A stretch of DNA of 63,885 nucleotides, counting the filler, from Octopus bimaculoides (Eukaryota), in NCBI RefSeq assembly GCF_001194135.2. It is 7 parts of 7 records of this genome, joined end to end, with 100 filler letters (N's around TTAATTAATTAA, not from the genome) between each part and the next. Parts side by side here need not be neighbours in the genome. Positions count along the whole stretch, not along the records: positions 1 to 15,265 come from NC_069000.1; 6 more parts are not named here. One strand, 5' to 3'. The notes beneath the pieces were generated by a model. It saw only the letters and a list, made by a program, of their open reading frames with translations, was not told the DNA's origin and searched no databases. Below are positions 1 through 11,587 of this stretch, one piece after another (positions within the stretch are counted from its first letter, which is position 1; every line of letters starts with the position of its first letter). Both the position numbers and the translations under genes were made by a program.

Positions 1-56
<56 letters not shown>
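1..56. repeat. (GA)n microsatellite
   Basis: Perfect GA dinucleotide run at the window start. Confidence 0.99.
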
Positions 57-58
<2 letters not shown>

Positions 59-165
59 CATACACCTGTCAACAATACAAAATAAGAATGTCTCGACCTG
101 CTAGAAATAGCAGCCAAATATCCTTCAAATGACGCAAGAAGCATAAATTTGATAATGTCTTCGAT

Positions 166-275
166 ACATAACGTAAACAGGGGGGAAACAGTGTAGACGG
201 AGGAAAGGTAGGATTGTCTTCAGTGACCAGCAGCTGAATAGCCTGGAGAAGAGGTTCGAAGCTCAGCGGTTCTGA
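166..275 (+). pseudogene. Truncated duplicate of part of the Bsx homeobox exon ([29 protein letters not shown])
   Basis: 166-270 aligns to 2106-2209; 4 mismatches over 186-269, a 1-nt indel upstream, in-frame TAA at 174-176 and TGA at 273-275. Confidence 0.9.
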
Positions 276-607
276 AAATAACATTGGATTAGTATGCTCA
301 TGTCTGTAACGTTTCCGATAAAATATCTGCTGGTCGTGAGGTAATAGGCATTAGCTAGTATTAACATCACTATTTAAAGTTATTTCTAGAGATTTTGTTT
401 AGAGATTAGAGCCAGCGCTGGAAGTTACAACGTTTCGTATACGAATACGTGTATGTAAACAATGCGATCAAAAACAGAAAAATAGCTAACGGGTGTACAT
501 GCGTATTTCAGGAGTTATAGCACCTTCTGCAGCATTACATGGTTAATGGGTTCAGTAACTATCCACGAAAACATTGCTTAAATAGCTACCAGATGTAGTG
601 ATGTAAC

Positions 608-772
608 CACTAGCGTAGCTGGATGGGGCGGTAGGGGCGGTCCGCCCCGGGCAGCACTTTTAAAGAGGTGGCACTTTTGTGTCTGCTGTAGGCAATATGT
701 GTTTTTTTATGGAGTCCGAGGGCGACAAAGGAAGGGCCACCCCGGGTGGCACACACTCTAGCTACGCTAGTG
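608..772. mobile_element. Non-autonomous DNA transposon (MITE), hAT-like by its 8-bp TSD
   Basis: 13-bp TIRs CACTAGCGTAGCT/AGCTACGCTAGTG; flanks GATGTAAC (600-607) and GGTGTAAC (773-780); empty site GGTGTAAC in the paralogous segment at 1168-1175. Confidence 0.85.
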
Positions 773-1203
773 GGTGTAACACAAGTGGATTTTACAAAAT
801 TAAACACATTCCTGGCAACTAGCGCAAACATATTAATTGCTGGTTTGAACACCGTATTCCATTATGTAACCATAATATACCAAGTATATTAAAGGTTTAT
901 AAGTTAATACTGTACCCCACCTGTGTTAGTGGTGGAATTAAATCATTTTTAAAAGTTATTTCTACAGTTTTGTATTGAAATTAGAGCCAGTGCTGAAAGT
1001 TACGACGTTTCGTAAACGAATACGTATATGTAAGCAATGTGATAGAAGACAGAAAAATAGGTAACGGGTGTGTACATGCACGTTTCAGTTCTTACTCCCT
1101 CTTCAGCACCACATCCAACCCATTAACCATCCAGTAACTCATTGCTTAAATAGCCATTCAATTTAACGGTGTAACATAATTGGATATACCAATTTTACAT
1201 ATT

Positions 1204-1422
1204 GGTTTCAAATTTTGTCACAAGGCCAGCAATTTCGGGGGAGGGGTTAAGTCGATTACAATGATCCCAGTGCTCGACTGGTACTAATTTTATCGATATC
1301 GAAAGGATGAAAGGCAAGGTCGACCTTGGCAGAATTTTAACTCAGAACCTAAAAACAGACGAAATGCGTCAAAGCATTTGGTCCGGTTTACTAACGATTC
1401 TGCCTGCTCACCACCCGACTAG
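1204..1422 (-). mobile_element. tRNA-derived SINE, family A
   Basis: Reverse complement matches the + copy at 21362-21574; 11-bp TSD TTTTACATATT at 1193-1203 and 1423-1433. Confidence 0.85.
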
Positions 1423-2080
1423 TTTTACATATTAAACACATTCCTGGTACTACTACCACCAAAACCCCTGTCGCCACTACCTTCACAACTGCTACCATAA
1501 CAATTACAAAAATACCATCATCCTTATTACTGCCACCAACACCGCCAATCCCACCACATTATTACAACTACTACCTTGCCAATCGTCACAAGTATCACTA
1601 ATGACCATCACTACCACCTCCAAAACCATTAGTACTACTACAACCAGTAATGCCACGAGCAATCTTCTATATGGTCACACAGCAAGCTAGAAATATCAAC
1701 CAAATCTCCACAAATCACTCTTTACTCTGAAAAATATATGGAACGACACATCAAATATTGTTTATCGCCACTTAAACGTCGATGTTCTGTTAGAACAAAC
1801 TATACTGCGGTAGATGCCATGGGAGTAACTCCTGTATTGGCTCTCTGGTGCAAAACGCACTCTTGTTTATGTCGCTAGCGGGGATATAAATCTCCACCAC
1901 CTCCACCACAACGACGACCACTACTAATGCCACCAGCAATACCACCATCTCCACTATCACTGCCATCATCACCATCATCACAACCACAACCATCACCGTT
2001 ATCTAATTGATTATTCTTTCTCACTCTCTCTTTCTTTTCTCTTTCTCCTCTTCCTCCTCCTCCTCCTCCTACCACTACAG

Positions 2081-2268
2081 GGTTCCCGTTGCCGCCATTA
2101 TTCCAACATGACGTAAACGGAGGAAAACAGTGTAGACGGAGGAAAGCTAGGACTGTCTTCAGTGACCAGCAGCTGAATGGCCTGGAGAAGAGGTTCGAAG
2201 CCCAGCGGTACCTGTCCACACCAGAGAGAGTAGAACTCGCTTCGCAGCTCAGTTTGTCGGAAACCCAG
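2081..2268 (+). CDS. Bsx: Brain-specific homeobox (Bsx/bsh), internal exon carrying homeodomain residues 1-44
   Basis: Polypyrimidine tract plus CAG acceptor at 2078-2080; [45 protein letters not shown] is nearly identical to the Bsx-family homeodomain; donor GTATGT at 2269. Confidence 0.95.
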
Positions 2269-2519
2269 GTATGTCTATCATCATTATCATCATTATCATC
2301 ATCCTCAGCATCATCATCATCATCATAACCAACACCTCCACCATCACCACCATCACCACCATCATCATCACTGCGACTATCTTCATTATCGAAACTATCA
2401 GTACTACCAACACCAGCATCATCATCATCGCCATTATTCATAACCTTACCTATCATTCTATTATATACCAACTAAACGTCAACAACAATAACAATATTCT
2501 CCTACATCACTCTGCGCAC

Positions 2520-2840
2520 ATGAGATGAGATGGTCACGGTTGGAATATCTTTGATCATAGGTCTGCTCGTTTAGTGCAGACTTGAGGCAAAACAACAACA
2601 GCAGCAACACTCCGATCCAACGAGTAAGCGTCTATGTAGCTGCTTGATCTGTTAGAAACAGCAGTCAACACCCTCTCAAATTACACATTTTCTTCTTTAA
2701 AAGAAACACACAGGAAAATGCATAGAGTAATGGTGCTTTAGATATGCTATGTCTGAATAAAGTCGAGATGGACATGACTGTAAAACCTTTGTCTGTGGGT
2801 TTACTGGGTCAGGGTTGACCAGGAGCTAAACAACTACAAC
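2520..2840. mobile_element. Degenerate interspersed repeat (SINE-like) in the Bsx intron; related pieces near 49100-49200 and 50230-50350
   Basis: Shared motifs (GATGGTC.CGGTTGGAAT, G.TGACC.GG.G.TAAACAAC) recur elsewhere in the window. Confidence 0.45.
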
Positions 2841-4232
2841 GGTACCACTACGCAACAACATTGTCAATAAATACAAGTGAAAACACTACACTACACCCAA
2901 TACCACCACAATAAAACATTACCACCACCGCTATACATACTCCACTACTACAATATGACCCTACGGATTATACAAAATCAGTAATACCTAATACAATGCT
3001 ACCAACAATGCTACTACATCTGCCTACTCCTACCCCAAATGATCCAATTGGTAAACCTCTATGCGCTCATTCGATCTACTAAAACTAATGGCTACCATCT
3101 TAAAGAGAATCTTATTGTTAAACTCAATATTACATACCATAGAAAGATGAGACGATCAGAACTGGAATGGCGGTTGAACGAGGGTAAGTCACCAAAAGCA
3201 CCAAATTTTCTTCCACTGCATACATAAATAGATAAATAGAAAAGGACAAAATTCTTAGACACCAACTTAAAGCACCAGAAAATTTACACAACTCAAAACA
3301 CAGAGTACTAAAATGTCACCTTAACTCACTCCAAATCACAATATCCAGCAACAACCGACGTAGCCAGTGTACACGCTACAATATTAAAAATACGTAACCA
3401 TACTGTAATACAAAATTGACACGTTTCATCATCAGGCATAGATACTCACATTGCAAAAACTCACCAAGCAATTAACTTATTAAGCCATTAATTATAAATT
3501 ATACGTTGATATGATAGAACAAACCAAACTATGCTGTGAGCCTCATAAGTTATATACACTTCTATATTTTGTACAAAGCAAAAACGACTTTAGAATTTTA
3601 TAGGTCACAACATTACACTGGAAATGCCAAAAGTCAACAAAGATGCAAGCATCATGAATGACATTAATATAATAAACATAGAGATACATGCATCCACCTT
3701 ACCAACTATCTCACGAGGCTATGATGCATGATAACCGAACATATTCCCAAACATCATTACTAGGAATGACTCCAATGCAAACAACACATCCTGGTGTTAA
3801 AACAAAACTGACAACACATGAGTGACATTTTATCTAGGATTCGATTATTTTAGATACTAAACATAATAACCCCAAATAACATTACCCAACATCCCATCAG
3901 GAAGCAAACACCTTATCAGACAGTCTTCTAACATCAGGCCAATGTTCTACCTCACTCCAACCAAACCATGTAAAAATAAAATCTTGAAACCCCTGAAACC
4001 AAGATTCGTTGAGCCTGAAAAACTAGTCAATATGGGCACAATTGGAATGCCTTTTATGAAAAGTCGATTCGAATCAGGGCTGTTCATGGTTAACAACAAA
4101 TAACAAGTATTACTAACACACTACAAAACAAACACTATCACCACTAAAAAAACTAGCACTTCCCACTTCACCCCCATCATTCCTCACCATCACCATCACC
4201 ATCCTTATTAGTTTCTGTGTTGTTGTTTGCAG

Positions 4233-4553
4233 GTGAAAACATGGTTCCAGAACAGGAGAATGAAACACAAAAAGATGCAGAGAAAAGTGCACGAGGATCA
4301 CGAGATGCGCAAAACTTCGAAATCGACAGAACCGGGTAACCACACAGCTACATCGAGTTGCAACCGGAAGCAGTCGGGTCTCGATGACTTGACATTGGTT
4401 TCGGTCGATGCTGAAGTGGATGTTGATTCGGAAATGGATAGTTCCCGGGAACTCAGCCACCATGGGGATCCTTGTTCAGACATTGATACCGTTGAGATCA
4501 ACGTGGTGGATACGGACGCAGCTCGCTACCGGCGAGCCCTCTTAAATAGCTGA
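4233..4553 (+). CDS. Bsx: Bsx terminal coding exon (VKTWFQNRRMKHKK...DIDTVEINVVD...LLNS*)
   Basis: Acceptor TTTGCAG at 4226-4232, phase 0 joins ETQ|VKTWFQN; the MKHKK ending is diagnostic of Bsx; acidic C-terminus; TGA at 4551-4553. Confidence 0.95.
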   Translation: MKTWFQNRRMKHKKMQRKVHEDHEMRKTSKSTEPGNHTATSSCNRKQSGLDDLTLVSVDAEVDVDSEMDSSRELSHHGDPCSDIDTVEINVVDTDAARYRRALLNS

Positions 4554-5073
4554 TTCTACTGGCCTTGCTGTGTTGGCTTGGCGGCACACATCAGCGATAG
4601 ACATAACGAAAAGAGAGACAATGTGACAGAGGCAGAAAGAGAGAAGGGGAAATTGAAAGAGACAGAGAAAGAGACAGGAGAGAGAGACAGACAGACAAAC
4701 AGACAGATTGACATGCAGACATACAGACATCAGACAGACAAACTGAGAGAACTAAAGTGAGAGCGCGGGTATAGAGAAGAGTGAGTGAGAGATAATCAGA
4801 TTGACAGAGAAAAAGAAGGAGGAAGGCAAGACAAAAGAAAGAAAATAAGAAAGTGATAGAAATGAAGACTATTATTATTATTATTATTATTGACTACTAC
4901 CACCCCCACCACTATAATTACTATTATTTATCGTTATTAATATTATTCTGTGCTCAAATAGAGCCAAGAAACAATCTTTTGTTTTACATTCTTTTATTCT
5001 TTCCGAGGAAGGGTTGGAAACTATGGAACCAGTAAAACACTAGAGTCGATTCTAATGACTTCACTTGGTTTCA

Positions 5074-5119
<46 letters not shown>

Positions 5120-6692
5120 ACATATATGTATATATANNNNNNNNNNNNNNNNNNNNNNNNNNNNNNNNNNNNNNNNNNNNNNNNNNNNNNNNNNNNNNNN
5201 NNNNNNNNNNNNNNATATATATATATATATATGGACAAAAAGAAAACTAAATTGGTTTTGTACCAAAAATATTATATACATTATTATTATTATTATTATT
5301 ATCATTTTAACATCAATTCATTATTATTCTGGTGCATGCGCAGTGGTGCGGCGGTAAGTTCTGAACAAAAAAAAATAACAACACTGCACCTTGCGTTCGC
5401 AAAACAAAAAATGCTCTCTGTGTGTGAAAGGCACAAATTATAGAAACACATCACAAAGTTTGCGAGCGCAGTTAAGCATGAACATCATTAAATCTCACTC
5501 ACACACACACACATATACACACATTCCATATTTTATTAACCTCAAGGGTCTTGTGCCTACATATTAAAGAAAACATGATTTTTTAAAAATCAAACGAGAA
5601 ACTATAAGAAATTATATGTAAAGACATATTTCCAAGCAGTCGAGGCAGCGTCACATTTTCCATTCTCGATTGAAACCATTTCACATCACATGTGTAACTA
5701 ATGCTTCTTTTGTTTGTTTGTGTCCTTGTTTGTNNNNNNNNNNNNNNNNNNNNNNNNNNNNNNNNNNNNNNNNNNNNNNNNNNNNNNNNNNNNNNNNNNN
5801 NNNNNNNNNNNNNNNNNNNNNNNNNNNNNNNNNNNNNNNNNNNNNNNNNNNNNNNNNNNNNNNNNNNNNNNNNNNNNNNNNNNNNNNNNNNNNNNNNNNN
5901 NNNNNNNNNNNNNNNNNNNNNNNNNNNNNNNNNNNNNNNNNNNNNNNNNNNNNNNNNNNNNNNNNNNNNNNNNNNNNNNNNNNNNNNNNNNNNNNNNNNN
6001 NNNNNNNNNNNNNNNNNNNNNNNNNNNNNNNNNNNNNNNNNNNNNNNNNNNNNNNNNNNNNNNNNNNNNNNNNNNNNNNNNNNNNNNNNNNNNNNNNNNN
6101 NNNNNNNNNNNNNNNNNNNNNNNNNNNNNNNNNNNNNNNNNNNNNNNNNNNNNNNNNNNNNNNNNNNNNNNNNNNNNNNNNNNNNNNNNNNNNNNNNNNN
6201 NNNNNNNNNNNNNNNNNNNNNNNNNNNNNNNNNNNNNNNNNNNNNNNNNNNNNNNNNNNNNNNNNNNNNNNNNNNNNNNNNNNNNNNNNNNNNNNNNNNN
6301 NNNNNNNNNNNNNNNNNNNNNNNNNNNNNNNNNNNNNNNNNNNNNNNNNNNNNNNNNNNNNNNNNNNNNNNNNNNNNNNNNNNNNNNNNNNNNNNNNNNN
6401 NNNNNNNNNNNNNNNNNNNNNNNNNNNNNNNNNNNNNNNNNNNNNNNNNNNNNNNNNNNNNNNNNNNNNNNNNNNNNNNNNNNNNNNNNNNNNNNNNNNN
6501 NNNNNNNNNNNNNNNNNNNNNNNNNNNNNNNNNNNNNNNNNNNNNNNNNNNNNNNNNNNNNNNNNNNNNNNNNNNNNNNNNNNNNNNNNNNNNNNNNNNN
6601 NNNNNNNNNNNNNNNNNNNNNNNNNNNNNNNNNNNNNNNNNNNNNNNNNNNNNNNNNNNNNNNNNNNNNNNNNNNNNNNNNNNNNNNNNNNN

Positions 6693-6958
6693 CGCTAAGT
6701 TACGCGGACATAAACACACCAGCATCGGTTGTCAAGCGATGTTGGGGGGACAAATACAGACACACAAACACATACATATATATATACATATATACAACAG
6801 GCTTCTTTCAGTTTCCGTCTACCAAATCCACTCACAAGGCTTTGGTCGGCCCGAGGCTATAGTAGAATACACTTGCCCAAGATGCCACGCAGTGGGACTG
6901 AACCCGGGACCATGTGGTTGGTAAGCAAGCTATTTACCACACAGCCACTCCTACGCCT
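6693..6958 (-). mobile_element. tRNA-headed SINE, family B (internal TA/TG microsatellite), truncated by a gap
   Basis: Reverse complement matches 59955-60350 (GGTTC.GGGTTCAGTCCCACTGCGTGGCA.CTTGGGCAAGTG). Confidence 0.85.
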
Positions 6959-7529
6959 ATATATATATAACTAAATGTATATGTGGACGAAAACAACTTG
7001 TTTGTAGATAAAATATGTTCGTGGAAAGAAAACCTAGATCTGGGCCAGTATTTCTTTCGACGGATATATATTACATATAGACGAGTTGCTTATATCCGTC
7101 GATACATAACGTTTTGGATAAAAAGTCTATTGGTACATTGTACATGTTTGGTTAGACACACATGTTTGGTACATATCATCTGTACTAATGGCACAAAAAA
7201 CTTCAGCTGTTTCGTATATATTTAACATTCCTCAGCAATCACATCGTCTTCAACTGCTGATATTCGTCAGACTCTGTTCTCTTTGAAGAATCGAAGCTCT
7301 TCTGGTTTGTCCACAGATTAAATGTCATAGTGAGAGAAAAAGATAAGTTTATCAAAAATACTGTACATGATTTACATATACGTATTTATATGCATGTAAA
7401 TATTATCATTATTATTTTCGTATGTGTATTTCGTGTGCAAGATTCTTGATGTGGATACGTGTGTTGAAAGAAATACAATTAAACCTTGGGAGAGGCTTTA
7501 TGCCGGTAATAAACACACGCACTGGTTCA

Positions 7530-7740
7530 GTCCTTTATTAATTTATATAGTTTTTTGTTAAATTATTTCATTGCACTCTTGCAATCTCTTCAGTAACTTG
7601 TCTCTCCACTTCCATTTATTTTGAATATATATTCAAAATATATATTCAAAATAAATGGAAGTGGAGAGACAAGTTACTGAAGAGATTGCAAGAGTGCAAT
7701 GAAATAATTTAACAAAAAACTATATAAATTAATAAAGGAC
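7530..7740. repeat. Perfect 104-bp-arm inverted repeat (3-nt loop) ending at an N-gap
   Basis: 7530-7633 is the exact reverse complement of 7637-7740. Confidence 0.95.
7673..7713 (+). ncRNA. Minimal type-I hammerhead ribozyme motif (mirror copy at 7557-7597, minus)
   Basis: GTTA-CTGAAGA-G-ATTGCA(AGAG)TGCAAT-GAAA-TA-ATT-TAAC: intact core, 4-bp helix I, 6-bp helix II, minimal helix III. Confidence 0.7.
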
Positions 7741-8212
7741 NNNNNNNNNNNNNNNNNNNNNNNNNNNNNNNNNNNNNNNNNNNNNNNNNNNNNNNNNNNN
7801 NNNNNNNNNNNNNNNNNNNNNNNNNNNNNNNNNNNNNNNNNNNNNNNNNNNNNNNNNNNNNNNNNNNNNNNNNNNNNNNNNNNNNNNNNNNNNNNNNNNN
7901 NNNNNNNNNNNNNNNNNNNNNNNNNNNNNNNNNNNNNNNNNNNNNNNNNNNNNNNNNNNNNNNNNNNNNNNNNNNNNNNNNNNNNNNNNNNNNNNNNNNN
8001 NNNNNNNNNNNNNNNNNNNNNNNNNNNNNNNNNNNNNNNNNNNNNNNNNNNNNNNNNNNNNNNNNNNNNNNNNNNNNNNNNNNNNNNNNNNNNNNNNNNN
8101 NNNNNNNNNNNNNNNNNNNNNNNNNNNNNNNNNNNNNNNNNNNNNNNNNNNNNNNNNNNNNNNNNNNNNNNNNNNNNNNNNNNNNNNNNNNNNNNNNNNN
8201 NNNNNNNNNNNN

Positions 8213-8570
8213 CATGGTTCTGGGTTCAGTCCCACTGCGTGGCACCTTTGGCAAGTGTCTTCTACTATAGCCTAGGGCCGACCAAAGCCTTGTGAGTGGA
8301 TTTGGTAGACGGAAACTGTCGTATATATGTATATATATATGTATGTGTGTATGTGTTTGTGTGTCTGTATTTGTTCCCCCCAACATCGCTTGACAACCGA
8401 TGCTGGTGTGTTTACGTCCCCATAACTTAGCGGTTCGGCAAAAGAAACTGATAGAATAAGTAGTAGGCTTACAAAGAATAAGTCCTGAGGTCGATGTGCT
8501 CGACTAAAGGTGGTGCTCCAGCATGGCCGCAGTCAAATGACTGAAACAAGTAAAAGAGTATAAAAGAGTA
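8213..8570 (+). mobile_element. SINE family B
   Basis: High similarity to the other family-B copies, including the tail GGCCGCAGTCAAATGACTGAAACAAGTAAAAGAG. Confidence 0.88.
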
Positions 8571-8591
8571 AATGAAATATTATTCCATGTG

Positions 8592-8990
8592 CATATTACA
8601 AAGATGGCAACAAAATGCGGGGGACAAGCTGGGTGGATTCTGAGATGATTCAGAACAAAGAAAAGATTTTTAAAAACCAAGACGCTTCGATTACTGCTCC
8701 CAATTATGGTTACCACAAAGTGTTAAACAAACGGCGGATCTTGGGTCAATCAGACGCTGTTATACCGGGAAGATTGTTCAACAGATAAGCAACTGGGAGA
8801 AGCTAAAAGAACCGATGATCTACTCCCTAGAACGAAAACATGAAAGGTTTGCAGTTACCTTTATAAATATGTAGATTAATCTTGGAAACTCTAACACCAA
8901 ACCTAGGGTCTGAAAGCTATACCAACTCCAAAACTGGACGACACTGCATGGTGAAAAAAGGTCTGCCTGATCCAGCTAGAGTAACACTCG
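8592..8990 (+). mobile_element. CR1/L2-group LINE, ORF2 C-terminal relic
   Basis: Frameshifted peptides HITKMATKCGGQAGWILR*FRT and NWEKLKEPMIYSLERKHERFAV; homologous to 25365-26175. Confidence 0.75.
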
Positions 8991-9129
8991 ATGCTTTAAC
9001 AGTTTAGGATTCAAAGGGCAGCAATTATTCAATATTTTACCTAAAAACCTAACATGTTTATGTTCACATTTACACCTCAAAGATGTAAATGCATCCATTC
9101 ATTCATCTTCTCCCTCCACTATGTCTGGG

Positions 9130-9760
9130 TGGAGTGCCGTCGGGTTACTGTCCTCAGGCACTTCTTCCAAGATGTCCCGTTGAAGCAACCGTCATTACAC
9201 TTTCCAGCTGAATTCCCAAACATGACCAACTGAGATTATGGATATTTTTTAATCATCATGTTCTGACACTACTGCTACATCTTCTACAGTCGCGGCTCGA
9301 AGAATCCATTTTGAGATTTTTTCCTGCGACATTCTAATCAGATGTCCGTAGTACTAGACCTGCGACCTCTCAGTGCAGAGAAGTAGTGGCTTCGCCTGGA
9401 GAAACTCCTTGATTTCCGAACTACGCACCCCGTCAAATAACATTACTCCAGAGATCTTTCAGAAGAATCCCATTTCGGCTGCTTGTATTCATGATCGAAA
9501 TCTTTCGAATATTATGCAATATTCCTGACCATATGTGAAGATAAGCACGAATACCGAACTGAAGATATAGAGTTTGGCGTCTTTAGAGCAACCTCTCCTA
9601 TTTTGAAGATCAAATGCGAGAAATGGCGCATTACCGTGCCAGCATATGCAATTCTAGTATACAATTCAACCTGCTGGTTCCCATCACATAAATGTAGATT
9701 TATTAAAAAAACACACATAGACATCCTTTTACCTGTGATTCCAGGTGAACTTACGTTACG
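9130..9760 (-). mobile_element. RTE-clade LINE (Rex3/Expander-like) 3' relic
   Basis: Minus-strand peptides IQAAEMGFF*KISGVMLFDGVRSSEIKEFLQAKPLLLCTERSQV*YYGHLIRM. Confidence 0.75.
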
Positions 9761-10063
9761 CTAAGAAATACAAATGACGACGGCGATATCCAAAACCATC
9801 CAAGGAAAGATCACCATAGAAATTAAATAAATAGAAAGTAAGACCAATGTCTGTGCTCAGGCATGACCACAGTCAATGACTAGAAAAGGAACAAAGAGTA
9901 AAGGTGTAAAAGAGTAGAGGGAATATTTTTGTTGGATTCGTTTACTGGTTTCTGTCGCTGAACTGTGGTCATGCTGCAGCATTGATCTTAATACTTTATA
10001 ATACATCATATCAACACTTGCGTTTCAACCAGGTCCTATATTTGTCGATATCATGTGTGTGTG

Positions 10064-10097
<34 letters not shown>

Positions 10098-10186
10098 CGC
10101 GTGTGTGTATATGTATATACATATATATATTGTGTATATGTGCGTGTCTGCGTATGAGTCTATACGTGTACGTGTGTGTGTCTATA

Positions 10187-11059
10187 CACTGGGTGGTCGG
10201 GCTAAATTTGATGACTTTTATGTCTCCTTTTCTCAGGATTAGCTTGATGTATTGGTGAACAGTTAACGGCGCTGAAGAGTACAACGATTAAAGTTGTAGT
10301 GGAGAAAAAGTTACCTGACATGGAGGACTGGAAGCCATCTGAATATTGGGAAAAAGTTACCTGTACGATGGTGATTCGCGCCGGCTATCAAAATGTTGGC
10401 CCGATGACTGCTGCTCAGTATTTTGTAAACATTGTAAACATTGTAAGAGCTATAGGACATGACATGGACACCATGAAAAGCAAATTCTCTCAAACCGTAA
10501 TGGTCTTTGGGTATGTTTCCAGTGAAGGTGACGTCATGCTGCTCCACGTTTTTGAACAGGGCCTTAGGCTCTATTCAGACGACTAATGTGAAGCTGCTGG
10601 AGATTGTGATCAATCCCAGGCTAGAGAGAGTTGCTGCTGGAAGGTCATATGTGTAGCAGCAGGATCGAGCTCCTTTCCGTACCTTTCTACGACTTCATTA
10701 GCCCCGATTTCTAGCCTCCTAATTCCCTCAATGTAAACCCATGCGCTACTATGTGTGAGGGGGAGCCGCGGTTGAGAAAGACACCGAGCATTCTACCAGC
10801 AACACCAAGGCCGAGCTGGTGGCCGAAATCAACGAAATGATCGATGTTCCTAGAGACACAGTGAGAAACGCATGCGCAAGGTTCCGGAGCTGTGTTCAGG
10901 CCATGACAGAAGCCGAAGGCCGCTACTCCGAGTAAACTGTTATCTCTCAACTATAATCTTGCTGATGTTTTGATTCTTTCAAATACTTTTATCTTTCGAT
11001 GAGACATTTTTCTTTCTTCTCTTTTTATACAAACTGTCGAATTTAGGCTGAACACACTG
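10187..11059 (+). mobile_element. Tc1/mariner DD37D (maT-like) internally deleted transposon
   Basis: Degenerate TIRs flanked by TA; KSKFSQTVMVFGYVSSEGDVMLLHVFEQGLRL and QQD/NPxxYYVW-type C-terminal segments. Confidence 0.8.
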
Positions 11060-11134
11060 TATAAGCATAACTTTAGTGAACGAAATTATTTCCGCATACT
11101 TTAGTTTTCTTCACATTACCTTTCTTCACATTAC

Positions 11135-11480
11135 GCGCAGGCGTGGTTAAGTTTACTTCCCAACTACATGGTTCTGGATTCAATCCCAATGCGTAACAAT
11201 ATGAGTAATATCTTCTACTACAGCCCCGGACCAATCAAAGCCCTGATTGAATTTGATTGATGGAAACTGAAAAAATAAAGTCGTACATGTGTGTGTGTGT
11301 CTGTGTTTTTGTTTGTCCCCCAGCACCACTCGACAACTAGTGTTGGTTTATTTACGACTCCGTGACCTAGCGGTTCGGCAAAAGAAAACCGATAGAATAG
11401 GAACCAGGCTTTAAAAATAAGAAGTACTAAGCTCTATTCGCTCGGCTAAAACCCTTCAAGGAACTGAAGCAAGTAAAAGA
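11135..11480 (+). mobile_element. SINE family B (diverged)
   Basis: Head GCGCAGGCGTGG..., body and tail similar to 59955-60350. Confidence 0.8.
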
Positions 11481-11546
11481 TAAGACAAGAAATCAGTGAA
11501 AAGTACCTCCCAACGAACCTTGATTAACAAGAACAACAACATCACG

Positions 11547-11587
<41 letters not shown>

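Larger units (their letters stand above)
373..1447 (+). repeat. Diverged tandem duplication (373-815 vs 948-1447)
   Basis: Colinear similarity by eye (e.g. TTAGAGCCAG.GCTG.AAGTTAC.ACGTTTCGTA, CATTGCTTAAATAGC, AAACACATTCCTGG), interrupted by different insertions in each copy. Confidence 0.85.

Noticed and set aside
608-772. CACTA/EnSpm assignment from the CACTA terminus
   Set aside because: The TSD is 8 bp, confirmed by the empty site, not the 2-3 bp of CACTA elements.
995-1035. Minus-strand TTAC...GTAT(TCGT)TTAC-GAAAC-GTC-GTAA half-hammerhead (also ~425-460)
   Set aside because: CUGANGA is replaced by ATATAC/ATACAC in both copies.
1875-2471. 198-aa minus-strand Asp/Gly-rich ORF overlapping the homeobox
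   Set aside because: Antisense shadow of the Bsx exon extended by CAT/CAC repeats.
3415-3437. Minus-strand CTGATGA-T-GAAAC-GT-GTC
   Set aside because: No helix II and no helix I pairing.
2081-4553. Alternative identities BarH/Barx or another NK gene
   Set aside because: [19 protein letters not shown] and RRMKHKK match Bsx, not the BarH pattern (RTAFTD, YLSVQDR, RRTKWKR).
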